Assembly: GCF_000341395.1 (NCBI RefSeq)
Contig: NC_020304.1
Span: forward strand, 2,610,001 to 2,642,000
Reading direction: 5' to 3'
From: Desulfocapsa sulfexigens DSM 10523
Lineage (GTDB): Bacteria > Desulfobacterota > Desulfobulbia > Desulfobulbales > Desulfocapsaceae
DNA: 32,000 nt
Shown here one piece after another: positions 27,705 to 32,000 of the stretch. The notes under the pieces are model-generated. The model saw only the letters and a program-made list of their open reading frames with translations, made no database searches and was not told where the DNA came from. Positions within the stretch are counted from its first letter, which is position 1. Every line of letters starts with the position of its first letter. The translations under genes and the position numbers were made by a program.

Positions 27705-28899
27705 GAGAAGTGGGCTGTGAAAAATCTTTATACAATATGGCGCTGAAAAGAGAAAAAAGCAATCCGGTTACATGTATTTGAAGGTATGATTCACCCAGCA
27801 TAATCACAAGAAAAAATAGGGGAAAGGCCTGGCGTAAAGGCGTGAGAGAATCTTTTATCCTGCCGGCTACTACAAGTTGAGAGATGAAAATAGCTATCAA
27901 ACTGATAATACCGAAAAGGCCAAGTTGTGATGCTGTCAGTAAATATTGATTGTGAGGATTATCTGTGGTTGGCAGAGTCGGGGAGTTTGTCTTGTTGATT
28001 TTTGCATATTCAGCAGGGTAATCACCGGTTCCCACGCCGATGAGAACGTTGTTCTTTATTAGCTGGCAAGTATTTTGAGCGAACCAGACTCTCAGACCGA
28101 CGGAGGAGGTGTTGCCGCAAAGGCGATGATTCTGCATTTCCGTATATGCCTGATCTGTACGAACTCTGAATGTGGAGGAAGAAAAATAGGTTGCTGTTAT
28201 TAAGAGCGGTATAAGCAGAAGGCCTGTTATGAGTTGCAGTTTTGACCGGCGGTAAAAGTATTGAAAAACCGTTATCGCTATAAAGAGAAAGAAGGCTATC
28301 TGTCCGGTGCGGCCGACTGTGATAAACATGGTGACAGAGAAAAAGAGGAGCAGGGCAGACTGCAGGTACTGAGCAATGGGTTTGTTGCTGGCAAAGAGCA
28401 GATTCTGCAGGAGGATATAACATGCCAGGGCCAGCATTGGACTGTAGGTCACATGAGATGTACCCTCGGTAAGAAAAACGGAGGAGGGTGGAAGGGTGAT
28501 TATGCCAAGCAAAACCATGTAGGCTTTACAGGCTCTCAGGAATATGGCGAAGATAAAGGCTGCCATGTAGTATTTCACATGCTCTTTCTTTACCAGAGTG
28601 AGTAAGACGGGGAAGAGCAGCAACTTCCATTGTTTTTTTAGAATATGAAGCCCAAGAGCCAGGTCTTCACTCCAGAGTAGCCCGATGATATGAAGAGCGA
28701 TGAAGAGGAGAACGGCGACAGCGACGGGGTTAAGACGTATTTCGTTAAGTTTTTCCTTCAGTCCCCCCGACAGCATCCAGAAAAGAAGGAGAAGTACTGC
28801 CAGAACTGATCCTGCAGATGTCGAAAGTGGAAATGCGAATGCAAATAGAATGAGGAGTGGTGAGGTCGCTGCCACTATCTTTTGGTTAAGTGAATTCAT
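27694..28899 (-). CDS. O-antigen ligase / WaaL-like membrane protein
   Basis: About 10 hydrophobic segments with ARTGQIAFF-type VGRTGQIAFFLFIA, RVWFAQNTCQLIKNNVLIGVGTGDYPAEY and NPHNQYLLTASQLGLFG (Wzy_C-type). Confidence 0.88.
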   Translation of the reverse strand: MNSLNQKIVAATSPLLILFAFAFPLSTSAGSVLAVLLLLFWMLSGGLKEKLNEIRLNPVAVAVLLFIALHIIGLLWSEDLALGLHILKKQWKLLLFPVLLTLVKKEHVKYYMAAFIFAIFLRACKAYMVLLGIITLPPSSVFLTEGTSHVTYSPMLALACYILLQNLLFASNKPIAQYLQSALLLFFSVTMFITVGRTGQIAFFLFIAITVFQYFYRRSKLQLITGLLLIPLLITATYFSSSTFRVRTDQAYTEMQNHRLCGNTSSVGLRVWFAQNTCQLIKNNVLIGVGTGDYPAEYAKINKTNSPTLPTTDNPHNQYLLTASQLGLFGIISLIAIFISQLVVAGRIKDSLTPLRQAFPLFFLVIMLGESYLQIHVTGLLFSLFSAILYKDFSQPTSLDD

Positions 28900-28929
28900 A
28901 TAAACTGAATGGTAGAAATGATTTGCTGT

Positions 28930-29571
28930 TTAACTTGTCTCGGTTGTGCTGTTTTTGCACTGGAAAATATAGAAGATATGATTGTCGTGTACCCTTTTTC
29001 GGTGGACAAGTAAATCATTCCTTTGGGCAAAGGTCTCGAAAAAATCTGGAAAGAAACGAAAACTATCAATGGGGTACCTGTGATAAACAAACCCTGGGGT
29101 TACCGTGTGCACCAGGAGATATCCGCCTGGACTCATGAGGCTGGCTAAAGAAACCAGATGTTCATAAGGGGTGATGAGGTGCTCGAGAATTGCCTGGCTG
29201 ATGATAAGATCAAATTTGCCGAGTTCAGGAGCCTTTTCTTCAAAATTCCAGAAGATATCGACATCCAGAACTCCGGTTGTGGTGACTTTACCAAGTGCCA
29301 TTATTTCTTTCAGTTTTACCGCTGCCTGTTTTGCCTCCCCGGCAAGCAATGTCCGTTTTGGCGCAGGGGAGAGTTTTTGAACCCAGCGAATGATCTCTCC
29401 ATGATAGTACCCGGATTCACTGTCAAGATCATGAAAAGTGTATTGGTCATAGTTGTTATGGTCAAACGGGCCATAAATTTTTTCCCACTGCAAAAGTAGC
29501 TGTTGTTCAGGGTTTTGACCTAGGATTCGCCTCAGGCATTGTTTTATGGATTTGAACTTGCTGATTGACAT
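28930..29571 (-). CDS. Methyltransferase-like protein with atypical SAM motif I
   Basis: KFDLIISQAILEHLITPYEHLVSLASLMSPGGYLLVHTVTPGF is typical of Methyltransf_11/23 proteins. The expected G-x-G-x-G motif I is replaced by RTLLAGEAKQAA. Confidence 0.65.
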   Translation of the reverse strand: MSISKFKSIKQCLRRILGQNPEQQLLLQWEKIYGPFDHNNYDQYTFHDLDSESGYYHGEIIRWVQKLSPAPKRTLLAGEAKQAAVKLKEIMALGKVTTTGVLDVDIFWNFEEKAPELGKFDLIISQAILEHLITPYEHLVSLASLMSPGGYLLVHTVTPGFVYHRYPIDSFRFFPDFFETFAQRNDLLVHRKRVHDNHIFYIFQCKNSTTETS

Positions 29572-29638
29572 GAAGTAGCCGGAGAACCGTAATTAAGTTT
29601 CGTATATGTGGTCAGGAAAGAAAGTGTGTGTTGTATTG

Positions 29639-31369
29639 TCAGTTCTGATATTGCATATTATAGAGGGTTTCATACTCGCCATTCTGGCTGAGAAGTGTGT
29701 CGTGGGTTCCCTCTTCAACAATCATTCCATCCTTAATAACAATAATCCTGTCGGCATTCTTGATGGTGGAAAGACGATGAGCAATAACAAGAGTGGTACG
29801 ATCTTTCATCAGGTTTTCGAGAGCTTTTTGCACCAGTCGTTCCGATTCTGTATCGAGTGCTGATGTAGCCTCATCCAGGATAAGAATGGGAGCATTTTTC
29901 AAGATAGCCCTGGCAATGGAGAGACGTTGCCTTTCACCGCCGGAGAGTCGTATCCCGGATTCACCGATAACTGTATCGAAACCTTCTGGGAGTTCCTGTA
30001 TAAAGTTGAGGGCATGAGCTGCATCGGCCGCTCTCTCAATATCTTCGTTCGATTTGTCCTGGTCACCATAGGCAATATTGGCACGGATGGTGTCGTTGAA
30101 GAGGATCGTCTGTTGGGTGACGATGGCAATCTGCCTGCGAAGTGATTCCAGGGTAACATCTTTGATGTTTACACCGTCAATAAGCAGAGAACCGTTTTCT
30201 ATATCAAAAAATCTTGGGATCAGACTGGTGAGGGTTGATTTTCCAGAACCACTGGGGCCAACAATAGCCAGGATTTCACCCGCTGGAACGCTGAGGTTAA
30301 TATCTTTCAGTATTGGAGATATACCATCATAGCTGAAATGTACATCACGAAGAGTTATTTCTTTCTGAAAAGGTGTAAGCTCGGCAGCATTTTCTTTCGA
30401 GAGGATGTCCGGCTTTTGATCAAGTAACTGGAAAATTCTCACCGCTGCGGCAAGCCCCTGCTGAATAGTTGCATTGATTTTACTTACTGCCTTGATGGGC
30501 TCATAAATCATTACCAGGGCCGTCAGGAAGGCAAAAAAAGTTCCCGGTGTGGAGTTGCCGGCGATAACTTCCTTACCGCCAAACCAGATTATAAGAGCCA
30601 TCCCAATACCACCAATTACTTCCATTAATGGATGTTGGATACAACGGTATTTTGCCTTTTCCATCATGGTGTTAAAAAGCATGTTTACCTGCACTGAAAA
30701 ACGGCTGGACTCGTATTTTTCCATGGTGAATGCTTTAACCACCGGGGCGCCGGTGATGGATTCGTGCATGGTGTTGGAAACATCAGCAATCTGTTCCTGC
30801 ATGGTGGTACTGATCCGGCGAAACGCCCTGCCGAATTTAACGATGGGTATGGCTGCCGATGGAAGAAAAACCAGAGAAAGCAGGGCCAGTTTCCAATCCA
30901 TGGTGAATATAACGATAAGCAGGAAGACAGCCTGTAAAAAATCACGCAGTAACCCGACAACCACCGTTGATATTGCGGCCTGCATAAAATTAATGTCAGA
31001 GATAACTCGGGAAATCAGCTCACCAGTGGGTGTTCTATGAAAGAATGAGAGTGATTGGAGATGGATATGCTCGAAAACTTTATTGCGCATATTACGGATT
31101 ACGGTTTGGCCAATTTTTTCGAGAAGGTAGAAATTTAGACCATAGAAAAAAGCTTTGACTGCAAACAGGAGGATAAGGGCAAGCGGGAGAATGGCGAGAA
31201 AGTAGGAACTTTTCTCGACAAAAATCTTGTCCAGCAGGGGTTTGACCATGTAGGCCTGAAGAGCACTCAACCCGGCAACGGCGAGCGCTGCTATCATGGC
31301 TATTGCAAACAGAGATGTGTAGGGGCGAATAAGAGCGTATAATCGCCTTAGGACTATTTTGTTAGGCAT
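29639..31369 (-). CDS. msbA: Lipid A/LPS export ABC transporter ATP-binding/permease (MsbA)
   Basis: 576 aa TMD-NBD fusion with FFHRTPTGELISRVISDI, GPSGSGKSTLTSLIPRFFD, LSGGERQRLSIARAILKNAPILILDEATSALD; located in an LPS cluster next to kdsB. Confidence 0.9.
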   Translation of the reverse strand: MPNKIVLRRLYALIRPYTSLFAIAMIAALAVAGLSALQAYMVKPLLDKIFVEKSSYFLAILPLALILLFAVKAFFYGLNFYLLEKIGQTVIRNMRNKVFEHIHLQSLSFFHRTPTGELISRVISDINFMQAAISTVVVGLLRDFLQAVFLLIVIFTMDWKLALLSLVFLPSAAIPIVKFGRAFRRISTTMQEQIADVSNTMHESITGAPVVKAFTMEKYESSRFSVQVNMLFNTMMEKAKYRCIQHPLMEVIGGIGMALIIWFGGKEVIAGNSTPGTFFAFLTALVMIYEPIKAVSKINATIQQGLAAAVRIFQLLDQKPDILSKENAAELTPFQKEITLRDVHFSYDGISPILKDINLSVPAGEILAIVGPSGSGKSTLTSLIPRFFDIENGSLLIDGVNIKDVTLESLRRQIAIVTQQTILFNDTIRANIAYGDQDKSNEDIERAADAAHALNFIQELPEGFDTVIGESGIRLSGGERQRLSIARAILKNAPILILDEATSALDTESERLVQKALENLMKDRTTLVIAHRLSTIKNADRIIVIKDGMIVEEGTHDTLLSQNGEYETLYNMQYQN

Positions 31370-31542
31370 ATGCTAAATTAAAAAAAGAGACAGTTGGAAA
31401 TATGTGTAACGGGCACAAGAATCAATCACAGTTATTGTTCACAGCATCATAGTTAATGATAGATAAAAAACCATCTAATACTTTCACTCAAGGGGAGAAA
31501 GACAGTTGTTCATTTGAAGGCATGGAAGCAGATAGGGCTGAT

Positions 31543-32000
31543 TTACAGTGCTGCAGTATGTTTTTCGATATCGGTCGGATCATCTACACTTGGAGAATCA
31601 TGTTCCGTGACGGTTACCTGTATTTTGTATCCAGCTTCAATGGCACGTAATTGTTCAAGCTTTTCAATGTTTTCAAGTGATGAGTATGGCAGGTCGGTGA
31701 ATTCCTGGAGAAAAAGATTGGAGTAAGCATAGATCCCAATGTGTTTATAGTAGAGAGTGTCGTCTGTGTTGTCTCTGTTGAATGGAATTTTGGCCCGTGA
31801 AAAATAGATGGCAAAAGAGTTCCTGTCAAAAATGACTTTTACATTGTTGGGATTGTTTATCTCTTCTTCATTCGTGAGTTCATGGGCGAGAGTGCCCATG
31901 GTCAGTGCAGGAGTTTTTGTAAAGGCTCGTACCAGGTCATTAAGGCATTCCGGCTTCAGGAATGGTTGGTCCCCCTGAATGTTGATCACCACATCGTCTG
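31543..32000 (-). CDS. kdsB: 3-deoxy-manno-octulosonate cytidylyltransferase, N-terminus outside the window
   Basis: Open to the right edge (DDVVINIQGDQPFLKPECLNDL...). Contains YYKHIGIYAYSNLFLQEF and LENIEKLEQLRAIEAGYKIQVTVTEHDSPSVDDPTDIEK, typical of KdsB. Confidence 0.92.
   Translation of the reverse strand, partial: DDVVINIQGDQPFLKPECLNDLVRAFTKTPALTMGTLAHELTNEEEINNPNNVKVIFDRNSFAIYFSRAKIPFNRDNTDDTLYYKHIGIYAYSNLFLQEFTDLPYSSLENIEKLEQLRAIEAGYKIQVTVTEHDSPSVDDPTDIEKHTAAL

Noticed and set aside
21407-32000. Genomic island or phage-derived status of the LPS region
   Set aside because: No integrase, transposase, tRNA boundary or direct repeats were seen. Core LPS genes kdsB and msbA are normal chromosomal residents.

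Overview
This 32 kb window looks like an ordinary chromosomal segment from a Gram-negative bacterium. The gene content suggests an anaerobe, possibly Desulfobacterota, but that is inference. I found no rRNA, tRNA, CRISPR array, transposase or phage gene. Left part: the 3' portion of a sigma-54-dependent regulator, nadK, proC, a secreted MORN-repeat protein, a 58-aa Trm112-like protein missing from the supplied ORF track, an MscS-family channel, an OFA-family MFS transporter, and an AlgJ/AlgI-like polysaccharide O-acetylation pair. Middle part: ppsA, a phosphoglucomutase, nifU-nifS-thyX, fhs, and a PilB/GspE-type ATPase carrying a C-terminal cyclic-nucleotide-binding domain. Right part: an LPS/core-oligosaccharide region with a GT90-like protein, a heptosyltransferase, two GT2 proteins, a CatB-like acetyltransferase, two methyltransferase-like proteins, a WaaY/InaA-like kinase, an O-antigen ligase, msbA and the 3' portion of kdsB. 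Best leads: the ATPase pairing a MshEN-like N-terminus with a cNMP-binding C-terminus; a perfect TGTGA-N6-TCACA palindrome in the divergent LPS intergenic region; a REP-like palindromic element near 6411-6469; and a methyltransferase-like protein with a degenerate SAM motif I. I did not find convincing evidence of a wholly new defence or mobile system.
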